Assembly: GCA_036559185.1 (NCBI GenBank)
Contig: DATBTP010000155.1
Span: 1 to 58,850, forward strand
DNA from: Solirubrobacteraceae bacterium
GTDB lineage: Bacteria > Actinomycetota > Thermoleophilia > Solirubrobacterales > Solirubrobacteraceae
Direction of reading: 5' to 3'
DNA length: 58,850 nucleotides
Below the pieces are notes generated by a model. The model did not search any database. It was not told the origin of the DNA and saw nothing but the letters and a program-made list of their open reading frames with translations. Positions 1-8,279 of the stretch are shown piece by piece (the first letter of the stretch is position 1; each line of letters begins with the position of its first letter). The position numbers were made by a program, and so were the translations under genes.

Positions 1-1
1 C

Positions 2-985
2 TCCAGCGCCGAGCAGCGGTTCGCGCCCGATCTCTTTGATCGCGAAGCCATAGCTCCACGCGCGATGCGTGTATGACTGTGTCGAGGTCAGCTTGGAGCT
101 GAGCTTCTGCTCGACGATCCTATGCAGCGATTCGGTGCTTAGGATCAACCCTCCGACGATCACCGCGCTCGCGACGACGGCGGCGAGCGCGCGCAGGTTG
201 CCACGCCGCGCCTGTAGCAGGACGACGACAATCAGGAGCACCGCCGCTGCCACCCACGAGCTTCGCGATTCGCTGAGAATGAGTAGTGACCCAGCTGCGG
301 CGACCATCGCGCCGGCCAGCAGTCGCGAGCGTCGGTACGCGAACACGAGGGCGGCGGGGAGCAGGCCGACCACGAGCGCTCCATAGGTGATCGGGTAGCC
401 GACGAAGTAGCCGATCCGGTTGCCCGGCGCGGCGCGGTAGGCGTCGAGCCCGAATAGCGCCAACACCAGGAAACCCACGAACGCGGGCGCCAGCCATGCA
501 CGTGGGTTGGCAAAGCGGCGGGCACAGAGGAACGCCACGCCCAGGAAGAGGAAGCCGACGACCTGCGATTCGATCATCTTCGAGACGTTGCCAAGCGTCT
601 CGAAGATGAGCACAGCGAAGGAGGCGAACAGCACACCCAGTAGCAGAGACCCACGGCTCGGCCGTGTGCGCCGCCCGCCGCGAGCGAGCGACCACAGCCA
701 GGGGACCAGCACCGCTGCCGCGATGGCCGCGCAGAGGACCTTCTGCTTGACGACCGGCGCGGTTGCTTCGTGGGCGACGAGCGGATACCACGGCAGCACC
801 GCGATCAGCACGACCGCCCACGGGAATGCACGGTCGCCAAGCATGGCGAGGCACACTAGGGCGAACAGGCATATGGCGAGCAGCACCGCCATGTTCGCGT
901 GTCGCACGGCAACAGCGCCGGCGACCAGTCCGAGCGGGACGGCGGCCGCCACGGCGAGCTGAGGACGCCTGACCAAATTGCTCAT
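2..985 (-). CDS. O-antigen ligase/Wzy-like polytopic membrane protein (runs off the left edge)
   Basis: Not in the ORF track; translated by hand from ATG 985: MSNLVRRPQLAVAAAVPLGL... It has many TM segments, an 'LSESRSSW' motif and a periplasmic 'THRAWSYGFAIKEIGREPLLGAG' motif typical of the Wzy_C/O-antigen ligase family. Confidence 0.8.
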   Translation of the reverse strand, partial: MSNLVRRPQLAVAAAVPLGLVAGAVAVRHANMAVLLAICLFALVCLAMLGDRAFPWAVVLIAVLPWYPLVAHEATAPVVKQKVLCAAIAAAVLVPWLWSLARGGRRTRPSRGSLLLGVLFASFAVLIFETLGNVSKMIESQVVGFLFLGVAFLCARRFANPRAWLAPAFVGFLVLALFGLDAYRAAPGNRIGYFVGYPITYGALVVGLLPAALVFAYRRSRLLAGAMVAAAGSLLILSESRSSWVAAAVLLIVVVLLQARRGNLRALAAVVASAVIVGGLILSTESLHRIVEQKLSSKLTSTQSYTHRAWSYGFAIKEIGREPLLGAG

Positions 986-1097
986 CGGATCACGCAAGGC
1001 TAGCGCGCTCGCTGGCGGTTTCGCATCGGGATCGAGGCGGGACTGAATGTGGACAGGCGGGCGATTGCCCCGCCTGTCCACTGGGCTCCCATCTCGC

Positions 1098-2804
1098 TCA
1101 GCTGAGTGTCTTCAGGCCCGCCTGAAGCGCCGAGAATGCTGCCTTGGGCTGCCATGTGCCGTACTTCAGCAAACCGAACTCGGATTCCTTGTTCGGCGTC
1201 GAGTCGAATTCTCGCAAGCAGTAGGGGAACAGGGCCCGGATCCATGGTCGAGCCACGATCTGCGGGGCCAGGTCGGTGTAGTCCTGAGCCTGAGCGGCTT
1301 CGCTCACTTCGGCCGTGGACCAGCCTGCCTCCGTGATCCAGAAGGGCACGTTCACCGAGTGCGCCAGGAACTTGGCCCGGATCGTGTCGATGCGCTGGAA
1401 GGCCCAGTTGCCGAAAGCGTCCTTCCAGCCCCCGAGCTTGGCCAGCGGGAGCGCCGGGTCGTCGCCATAGGGGTGCACCGACACGCCGTCGATGAATTTC
1501 CCAAGCGTTGGCGCGGCCGAGAACATGTCGTCGATCCAACTGGTCTCCCAGCTGGTCGAGCCCACCTGAGCCGAGTCTTGGTAGTCGGCGGAGATCAGCA
1601 GCTTCACGGAGGAAGAAACGCTCTTGGCGGCTTCGGCGGCCGCGAGCGCGTCGCGCCCGTAGGCCATCGGTTCCGGCGTTTTCCCAGACCATGCGTAGGA
1701 GAAGTAGGGCTCGTTCCAGAGCTCCCACCAGCGTAGGTTGGCAGTGGTGCCGGGGCCATAGCGCTGGACGGCGATCTTGACGAACGCCGCGTAGTCGGTT
1801 GCGTCGCTTGGCGAGGCCCACGAGGGGGCGTAGTCGACGACCGGCAGGATCGTGATCCCGTTCGTCTTGGCGGTTGCGACGAGTTGGTCGAATTTGGTCC
1901 AGTTGAAGACACCCTTCTGCGACTCAACATCCGACCAGGAGAGGTCCTCGCGTGCCCAGTTGACGCCGAGGCCGCTCATCTCCGAGGCCACTTGCGGGAC
2001 CGCGGCCATACCCCAGCCCTGGAGGTTGGTGTTGATGCCCTTTACGAACGTTTCGCCCGAGCCTCCTGGTGTGGGTTCGGGTGTCGGCGGTGGGGTCGAT
2101 TCAGACGGTGGCTTCGATTCGGAGGGTGGCTTCTGTTCCGAGGGTGGAGTGGATTCGGTAGGAGGAGGATTGGCGCCTTCAGGCGATTTAGAGCCACCCG
2201 ATGAGCCACCCGATTCCGTCGGGTAGGTGATCGATACCTGCGACGCCCAAGAGCTGCCGCTTACGTTGGCTCGGACGCTGTAGCGGACAGTAACGCCCGG
2301 GGCTGCCCCGGGTGTGATCGAGGTGGCTTTGACGACGGAGTATTCGTCAGGACGATTTGGCGCCTTGCTGACGAACACGTATGAGCTGACGCCTGGAGTC
2401 GCGCTCCAAGTCAACGTGTAGCCGGAGACCGAGATCTTTGGCGCCTGTTGGTTCGTGCTGAGACGGCTCGTGCGCGCCAGAGCGATCAACCGTATGCGGG
2501 CGTTCGACCGACGAAGCCTGGCGCCGCTCAGGGCATGGCGCTCGGAAGAGCAGCTACCGCGATGCGCTTGCAAGCATCGACTCAACGCTCTTATCTGCTC
2601 GGCGACAGCGCGGTCGGCGGATTGCGCGACAGCTTGCGCGTGGCGGAGTGTGGCGCCGCTCGCGCTGGCGATTGGCTGGGAGCCGGTGCTCGAAATGCGG
2701 GGGGAGCCCTCTGCGACGGTTGGACCTACCAGCGAGAGCACGAGGCCAAGCATCGAGATCGTTGTTGCGAGCTTCCATGCTCGACTAAGGCTACGGGTGG
2801 ACAT
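1098..2804 (-). CDS. Secreted clan GH-A glycoside hydrolase (GH39/GH5/PslG-like) with a beta-rich N-terminal domain and Pro-rich linker
   Basis: Signal peptide; WWELWNEP acid/base and FWITEAGW nucleophile motifs; VHPY motif; PPSESK-type linker repeats. SD AAGGAG lies 8 nt before ATG 2804. Confidence 0.8.
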   Translation of the reverse strand: MSTRSLSRAWKLATTISMLGLVLSLVGPTVAEGSPRISSTGSQPIASASGATLRHAQAVAQSADRAVAEQIRALSRCLQAHRGSCSSERHALSGARLRRSNARIRLIALARTSRLSTNQQAPKISVSGYTLTWSATPGVSSYVFVSKAPNRPDEYSVVKATSITPGAAPGVTVRYSVRANVSGSSWASQVSITYPTESGGSSGGSKSPEGANPPPTESTPPSEQKPPSESKPPSESTPPPTPEPTPGGSGETFVKGINTNLQGWGMAAVPQVASEMSGLGVNWAREDLSWSDVESQKGVFNWTKFDQLVATAKTNGITILPVVDYAPSWASPSDATDYAAFVKIAVQRYGPGTTANLRWWELWNEPYFSYAWSGKTPEPMAYGRDALAAAEAAKSVSSSVKLLISADYQDSAQVGSTSWETSWIDDMFSAAPTLGKFIDGVSVHPYGDDPALPLAKLGGWKDAFGNWAFQRIDTIRAKFLAHSVNVPFWITEAGWSTAEVSEAAQAQDYTDLAPQIVARPWIRALFPYCLREFDSTPNKESEFGLLKYGTWQPKAAFSALQAGLKTLS

Positions 2805-2812
2805 CCTGATCA

Positions 2813-2893
2813 CTCCTTCGGGAGCTGGGCTGTCTGCGTGAGACCCCTGGCTTTGCGAGCCCGCCTCGCGGCGGGGGTGCCTTTGTCGGGAAC
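2813..2893 (-). promoter_or_regulatory. c-di-GMP-I (GEMM) riboswitch, copy 1
   Basis: Minus strand reads UUCCCGACAAAGGCACCCCCGCC-GCGA-GGCGGGCUCGCAAAGCCAGGGGUCUCACGCAGACAGCCCAGCUCCCGAAGGAG. It has the GGCA...GCAAA junction, a GNRA-capped P2, a GGUCU/AGACAGCC receptor-type P3 and a CCG closing, directly 5' of the CDS. Confidence 0.88.
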
Positions 2894-2974
2894 CGATTTG
2901 CGTGGGTGCAATCGCCTTCTACACCTCGCCTCGGCACGCCTCGGTGGTGTCCTTGAGGGTGGTAGTCCGCGTAT

Positions 2975-3090
2975 GGACGCGGAGACCTACGCGGCTACCG
3001 AGTTCTCCGCAGGTGGGACGCGGAGATCTACGGAGCTACGGAGTTCTCGGGCAGACCGGACGCGGAGACCTACGAGAGGCTGCCGAGCCC
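2975..3090 (+). repeat. Three ~33-bp direct repeats with 41-42 bp period
   Basis: GGACGCGGAGA(C/T)CTACG starts at 2975, 3016 and 3058; the third copy overlaps the stop codon of the upstream hydrolase. Confidence 0.75.
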
Positions 3091-4437
3091 TCTTTGCAGC
3101 GCAAAGAAAGCCGGCTTGGGGTTCCAGCTACCGTACTTCAGTAGGCCGAATTCGGATTCCTTGCCGCCCGAGGCCTCGAATTCGCGCAGGCAGTATGGAA
3201 ACAGAGCACGAACCCAGGGGCGCGCCGCGACCTGCGGGATGAGATCCGCGTAGTAAGAGGCTTGCGTGGATTCGCTGACTTCCGCGTTGGACCAACCGGC
3301 CTCGGTGATCCAGAAAGGGACGTTGACGCCGTGGGCAAGGAACTTGGCGCGCACTTCATCGATGCGCTGGAACGCCCAGGCTTTCCCGGAGTCTTCCCAT
3401 CCCCCCGCTTTCGCGAGCGCCAGCGCAGGATCGTCGCCGTAAGGATGCACCGCGACACCATCGATCGAGCTCCCAAGCGAAGGGACGGCGCTGAACATAT
3501 CGTCGATCCAGCTCGTCTCGTGGGAAGAGGACCCACTCTGGACGTCATCCTGGTAGTCGGCGGCCACCAGCAGCTTCACAGAGGGAGAAACGCTCTTGGC
3601 GGCTTCTGACGCGGCGACGACGTCACGCGCGTAAGCCTCCGGTTCGGGCGTTTTCCCGCCCCAAGCATAGGAGTAGTAGGGCTCGTTCCAAAGCTCCCAC
3701 CAGCGCAAGTTGGCCTGCGTGCCGGGGCCGTAACGTTTCACCGCCGCCTTAAAGAACGAGGCGAAGCCGGCAGCGTCGCTCGTGCTTGACCACGACGGCG
3801 CGTAGCCGACGACCGGGAGGACGGAGATGCCGTTGGCTTGCGCCGCGGCGAGGGTGCGGTCGAAGCGCGACCAGTCGAACACGCCAGGCCGCGGCTCGAT
3901 ATCGGCCCAGGACACTTCCTCGCGCGACCAGTTGACGCCAAGCGAGCTCATCTCGGCGGCGATCTTCGGTGTGGCTTCCACGCCCCAACCCTCGAGGTTG
4001 GTGTTGATGCCCTTCACGAAGGGTTCCCCAAAGTTGGTGTTCGACGCGCTCGCCGGTGGACTTGCCTGTCGCGTGGCGCTCGTGAGCCGGGAGAGGCGCG
4101 CGCGCAAGCTTCTGACACGTCGCTCGGCCCGGTTCAGCCGTTTGCGTGCGCCGCGAACGGCATGACGGGGGGTGCGGCAGTGTCCCGGGCGCAGCCGCCT
4201 GCAACTCTTCAATCTCTTGGTGTCCCGGTTAAGCTCGCGCCTGGCGGTCCTGAGCTCGGCAAGCGCCGCGGGCAACGCGCTGCGACTGATGGTCGCAACC
4301 GGTCTCGCCGTGGTCGTCCTCGCCTTCGGTTGGGCAGCGGCCATGCCGGCATGCGCCGTCGGCACGAGCAGGCAGGTGAGCGTCAGGGGGATGGCCAGCC
4401 TCCGTATCCATGCCCGGCGGGGGTACGGCGTTGACAT
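3070..4437 (-). CDS. Secreted clan GH-A glycoside hydrolase, paralog of 1098..2804
   Basis: Signal peptide (AHA/AAA). The catalytic domain is visibly very similar to the neighbour (FVKGINTNL, WWELWNEP, FWITEAGW, ESEFGLLKYG). It has an Arg-rich helical N-terminal segment. Confidence 0.8.
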   Translation of the reverse strand: MSTPYPRRAWIRRLAIPLTLTCLLVPTAHAGMAAAQPKARTTTARPVATISRSALPAALAELRTARRELNRDTKRLKSCRRLRPGHCRTPRHAVRGARKRLNRAERRVRSLRARLSRLTSATRQASPPASASNTNFGEPFVKGINTNLEGWGVEATPKIAAEMSSLGVNWSREEVSWADIEPRPGVFDWSRFDRTLAAAQANGISVLPVVGYAPSWSSTSDAAGFASFFKAAVKRYGPGTQANLRWWELWNEPYYSYAWGGKTPEPEAYARDVVAASEAAKSVSPSVKLLVAADYQDDVQSGSSSHETSWIDDMFSAVPSLGSSIDGVAVHPYGDDPALALAKAGGWEDSGKAWAFQRIDEVRAKFLAHGVNVPFWITEAGWSNAEVSESTQASYYADLIPQVAARPWVRALFPYCLREFEASGGKESEFGLLKYGSWNPKPAFFALQRGLGSLS

Positions 4438-4447
4438 GCCTTCGCGT

Positions 4448-4528
4448 CTCCTTCGGCTACCGGGCTGTCTGCGTGAGACCCCTGGTTTTGCGAACCCGCC
4501 TCGCGACGGGGGTGCCTTTGTCGGGAAT
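4448..4528 (-). promoter_or_regulatory. c-di-GMP-I (GEMM) riboswitch, copy 2
   Basis: Minus strand reads AUUCCCGACAAAGGCACCCCCGUC-GCGA-GGCGGGUUCGCAAAACCAGGGGUCUCACGCAGACAGCCCGGUAGCCGAAGGAG. Same architecture as copy 1, with pairing-compatible substitutions. Confidence 0.88.
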
Positions 4529-4727
4529 CGCGACCGCTCCGGAACTCACCGGGCGCTCGCCCTTCATGACCTGCGCACTAGAGTTCTCGGCGTGTCGGCG
4601 CCAAGCCTTTAGCCCTGCGCGCTCCTAGCGGTGACCCGACGGACCTTGTGCGGCCTTGCGGTCCGGCTCTCGGCGGCTCGTGCGCGTCGAGCGCGTCGAG
4701 CTACGCGGTGGCTGACCAGGGTTGGGG

Positions 4728-7073
4728 CTAGCTGTTCAGGGCTCGGGCCAGCGCCTGGACCGAATAGCGCTCTTCGGCTACCTTGCGGGCAGCCGCTCCG
4801 AGCTCTGGTGCTCCCACTCGCAGCACATGCACGAGCGCGTTCGCGAACGGGCGGGCGCCGTCGGCGAACAGGCAGTCCTCGCCGTCGCGCAAGCCGAGCG
4901 CCTGTGCGGCGCGCGGTGTGGTGACGGTCGGCAGGCCATAAGCCAGCGCCTCCAAGAGCTTCAGCGGCGTACCGCCGCCCTGCAAGAGTGGCACGACAAC
5001 GCAGCGGGCGTGTCGGTAGGCGTCGGACAAGTCGGCAACGAAGCCGAGCGCTTGGACACGCGTATCGGATGCCGTGCCGCTCAAGCCCTCGCTCTCCAGG
5101 GCGTCTCGCAAGCCGCCACCTACAAGCGTGAGGTGGGCCTGCGGAAGCTGCTCCCACACCAGCGGCATGACCTCCCTGAGCAGGAAGCGCAGAGCATTTC
5201 GGTTCGGCTCGTAGGAGAAATTCGCCACGAACAACGCACGCTGCTCCTGAGCGGGCGGCGACACCGGCGTGATGGCCGCCACATCCACGACATTGGGCAC
5301 GAGCCGCAGGTTTGCCGACGGGCACAGCTCGTGCGCGGCGATCATGTCGGGCGTGCTGACCATCCAGGACTCCGATGCCCGCGATAGCAACTTGCGCTCG
5401 AAGCTCGCCAGTCCGTGCAGCCCGTCGTTTGAGTCGAGTTCGTGACGGAAGCTCGACTCGAGATTGTGGGCGTTGTAGATGACTGGGCGTATGCGCGCCA
5501 AAGCCAACAGCGTTGCGGCGGCGGTGGGGCCGTCGGCGATGACCCGCGCGCAGCCCTCCTCGCGGGCGAGCCGCTTCGCGGCCGCGGCCATCTCGGGCGA
5601 GACGCCACGCGCGAAATCGCGCGGCACACCCTCCAGGCGGGCTTTCGCGTAGGCCATCAGTCGTCTTGCGCCGCGCGAGGGACGCACCTCGTGCAACTCT
5701 ATGCCAGCGGCCGCAAACGCCGGATCGGGTCGCGAGGAGCCGAAAAGCACATACAGGAGCTTCAGCCGGCCGCCCGTCGCGAGGGCTTGGGCAAGACCGT
5801 AGGTGCGCATCGCCCTACCGGAGCCGACCTGAGGGGTGTGGGTGCTCACGAGCAGATCCCAGCTCTCCTTCGACGGGGGGATTGCCGCCGAGCTTTGCCT
5901 TTCGATCGCGTCGATCGCGCCCGCGATCTCCAACAGCCGCCGATCCCAGGAGTGTGCGCTTGCCAGCCGGGAGCGCTCGGCTCGTCTTGCCTGACTATCC
6001 TCGGTGAGGGCCCCGTCCAGCAGACGGGCGAGTCCGGGGGCGTCGGAGGCGGTCGCGATCGCCTCGACCCCGGCCAAAGCCGGTAGCGGCGTGGCGACGA
6101 CCGGCATACCGGCCGCCAGGTACTCGTAGACCTTCATCGGGAAGATGCTCCCGGTCAGCTCGTTGAGGGCGTAAGGAATAAAGCCCGCGTCGGCGGCTCT
6201 TAGCACGCTCGGCAACTCTTGATATGGCCGTGCCCCCAACAGGTGGATGTTCGGCTCGGCGCGCAGCGCGGAGACGTCCGCGCGCGGATCTCCTGGTCCG
6301 ATGGGCCCGACCATCGCAAAAGACCACTTCGGCCGCGCGCGCGCCAGCTCCACGATCAGCGGGAGGTCGAGCTTGGTGGTGACTATCGCGCCGATGAACA
6401 CAACTCGTGGCGGGCGCAGCGAGGCCATCGCCGCATCGAGTGGTCCGGCGCGCAGGGCGTGAGAGAACAGGTCGGTGTCGGCTACGTTGGGCGCATAGAT
6501 GACGTTGGTCGAGACAGCGCCCAGACGCTCGGCGAGCGCGGGGGCGCTCGCGAGCACCAGATCGGCGCGCGCGGCGAAGCGCTGCTCCGCCTCGCTGAAA
6601 CTGGTGGCGTCGATCCCTGGTTGGGCGGCGATATCGTCGACGCAGTGGTAGACGACGAGCCGCGGGTCGAGCACCTCGACAAGGCTCTCGGCCTGTGGAA
6701 CGTATGACCACAGGATCGGCCTGCCAAACGCGAGGCGGCGTGTCGCCCGCTTCACAAGCACCCCTAGCAGGCGGGCATTGAGCGCGCGTACAAGGCGGTT
6801 GGAGTGCAGCGGCAGGACGAGCGGGGAGAGAACATAGAGCCCGTCGGCTTCGCGGGGTCCGCGCAAGCCCGCTCGCAACCGACGCCAGATGCGCCTGAGG
6901 TCGCGGCCGGCAAGCCGCGGACGGCGCAGCCCGAGCGACTCGATGAACAGCACGCGATTCTCACTCGCCAGGCGCGACATGAGGTGGTGCTGGTTGGTCC
7001 ACAGATCGGTGTCCCAGTCGGCGAATCCGACGCACACGATTTCGCGGTCCTTCAAGCGCGGAATGTCGGCCAT
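4728..7073 (-). CDS. Two-domain glycosyltransferase (two GT-B/GT4-like modules fused)
   Basis: Likely start MADIPRLKDRE at 7073. Module 1 has 'FPMKVYEYLAAGMPVV'; module 2 has 'GGTPLKLLEALAYGLPTV'. Confidence 0.82.
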   Translation of the reverse strand: MADIPRLKDREIVCVGFADWDTDLWTNQHHLMSRLASENRVLFIESLGLRRPRLAGRDLRRIWRRLRAGLRGPREADGLYVLSPLVLPLHSNRLVRALNARLLGVLVKRATRRLAFGRPILWSYVPQAESLVEVLDPRLVVYHCVDDIAAQPGIDATSFSEAEQRFAARADLVLASAPALAERLGAVSTNVIYAPNVADTDLFSHALRAGPLDAAMASLRPPRVVFIGAIVTTKLDLPLIVELARARPKWSFAMVGPIGPGDPRADVSALRAEPNIHLLGARPYQELPSVLRAADAGFIPYALNELTGSIFPMKVYEYLAAGMPVVATPLPALAGVEAIATASDAPGLARLLDGALTEDSQARRAERSRLASAHSWDRRLLEIAGAIDAIERQSSAAIPPSKESWDLLVSTHTPQVGSGRAMRTYGLAQALATGGRLKLLYVLFGSSRPDPAFAAAGIELHEVRPSRGARRLMAYAKARLEGVPRDFARGVSPEMAAAAKRLAREEGCARVIADGPTAAATLLALARIRPVIYNAHNLESSFRHELDSNDGLHGLASFERKLLSRASESWMVSTPDMIAAHELCPSANLRLVPNVVDVAAITPVSPPAQEQRALFVANFSYEPNRNALRFLLREVMPLVWEQLPQAHLTLVGGGLRDALESEGLSGTASDTRVQALGFVADLSDAYRHARCVVVPLLQGGGTPLKLLEALAYGLPTVTTPRAAQALGLRDGEDCLFADGARPFANALVHVLRVGAPELGAAARKVAEERYSVQALARALNS

Positions 7074-7185
7074 CGCTCGCCATGATCCCAGGTGGATGGC
7101 GTGAGGATCCTCTTCGTGGCTACCTGTCCCGCTTCGGCCGCCCGCGATGTCGGCGTGTAGTCTCGCCCGACGATGAGCCGCGTCA

Positions 7186-8232
7186 ATGACGTATCCAAGC
7201 ACCATGCAGTCTGACCAGGCGCGCACCACGCGTCTCTTGTTCTCTGCGGAGCTGGCGAACGGAACCGTGAGCGACACGGAGCTGGGCTCGCCCGAGGTCA
7301 GGAGGGCGACTCGCGTCGCGGACGTGCCGGCGCGAGGGGCTCGCATCGCGCAGCAGGTCCTCTACAAGCTTGGTCGTATCGGGTATGAGGAACATGTGGC
7401 GTCGCCGCTGCTCGCGGCGCGCCGGGCTGTGCTGGCGGATCGCGCCGACGGCGCTCCGCGGTTGCTCGTGCGGGTGGACGAGTTTCCTCACTACCAGGCT
7501 TGGGACGACCCCGGGCGGTTCGGCACCGCCGCGTTTGAGCGGTTTCACGCGATCATGGCCGAGGCTGGCGTCCCCTATCTGATTGCGACTCTCCCGCGGA
7601 TAAGCCGCCGGCCGCTCTCCCCTCGGCGGCTCGGCTCGCGTCCTTTGGAGGACCGCGAGGTCGAGATATTGAGGAGGATCGCCGGTGAGGGCGTGACGCT
7701 GGGCTTGCACGGCCTCGATCACCGCACGCGTCATGAGTCGCCACGCCGGCGCTCCGAGCTGTGCGGCTTGGATGCCCAGGCGACCGACGGTTTGCTCGAG
7801 CGAGGTTTGGGCGAACTGGCCGAACAGGGGTTGCCGGCGCCGGAGGTGTTCGTGGCCCCCTACAACCGCTTCGACGCCGGTCAGCTCGATGTTCTTGCGA
7901 AGCGCTTCGCGATCGTATGCGGTGGCCCCGAGTCGATCGGGACGATGGGATTCCACCGCACACCCCAGTGGCGAGGAGAGACCGTCTACCTTCCTTCCTA
8001 TGCGCCGTTCTACGGACACGCCACTGAGGTCTTGGCCGCGCTTGAACAGGGGACCGAGCAAGTCGCCGGGCTGTGGACGCCCGTTGTATTGCACTGGGGT
8101 TGGGAGGCCGAGGCGGGTTGGCGGGAGCTCGAGTGCCTGGTCGCCCGCATGGCAGGCGACGCGGCGCCTTGGCAGGAGTTCTTCGATGCGGTCGAACGCA
8201 GCCGCGGCGACGGGCACAAGGCAAGATCGTGA
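7186..8232 (+). CDS. Polysaccharide deacetylase (CE4/DUF2334-like)
   Basis: RVDEFP, LHGLDH, FVAPYN and VVLHW motifs of NodB-type barrels; start codon uncertain. Confidence 0.72.
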   Translation: MTYPSTMQSDQARTTRLLFSAELANGTVSDTELGSPEVRRATRVADVPARGARIAQQVLYKLGRIGYEEHVASPLLAARRAVLADRADGAPRLLVRVDEFPHYQAWDDPGRFGTAAFERFHAIMAEAGVPYLIATLPRISRRPLSPRRLGSRPLEDREVEILRRIAGEGVTLGLHGLDHRTRHESPRRRSELCGLDAQATDGLLERGLGELAEQGLPAPEVFVAPYNRFDAGQLDVLAKRFAIVCGGPESIGTMGFHRTPQWRGETVYLPSYAPFYGHATEVLAALEQGTEQVAGLWTPVVLHWGWEAEAGWRELECLVARMAGDAAPWQEFFDAVERSRGDGHKARS

Positions 8233-8279
8233 GGTTGGCTCTCGCTCCGAACTCCATCTAATGACGGTGGAGACCTGGC

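Noticed and set aside
2813-2893. c-AMP-GMP (GEMM-Ib) assignment for the riboswitches
   Set aside because: The discriminating position is G rather than A in both copies, so c-di-GMP is preferred, although this is untested.
2975-3090. Possible mini-CRISPR array
   Set aside because: Intervening sequences are only 8-9 bp, the repeats are degenerate, and there are no cas genes in the window.
7074-7346. N-terminal 90 aa of the 872-aa glycosyltransferase ORF
   Set aside because: Overlaps the divergent deacetylase gene and looks non-coding; GT-like sequence begins at ATG 7073.
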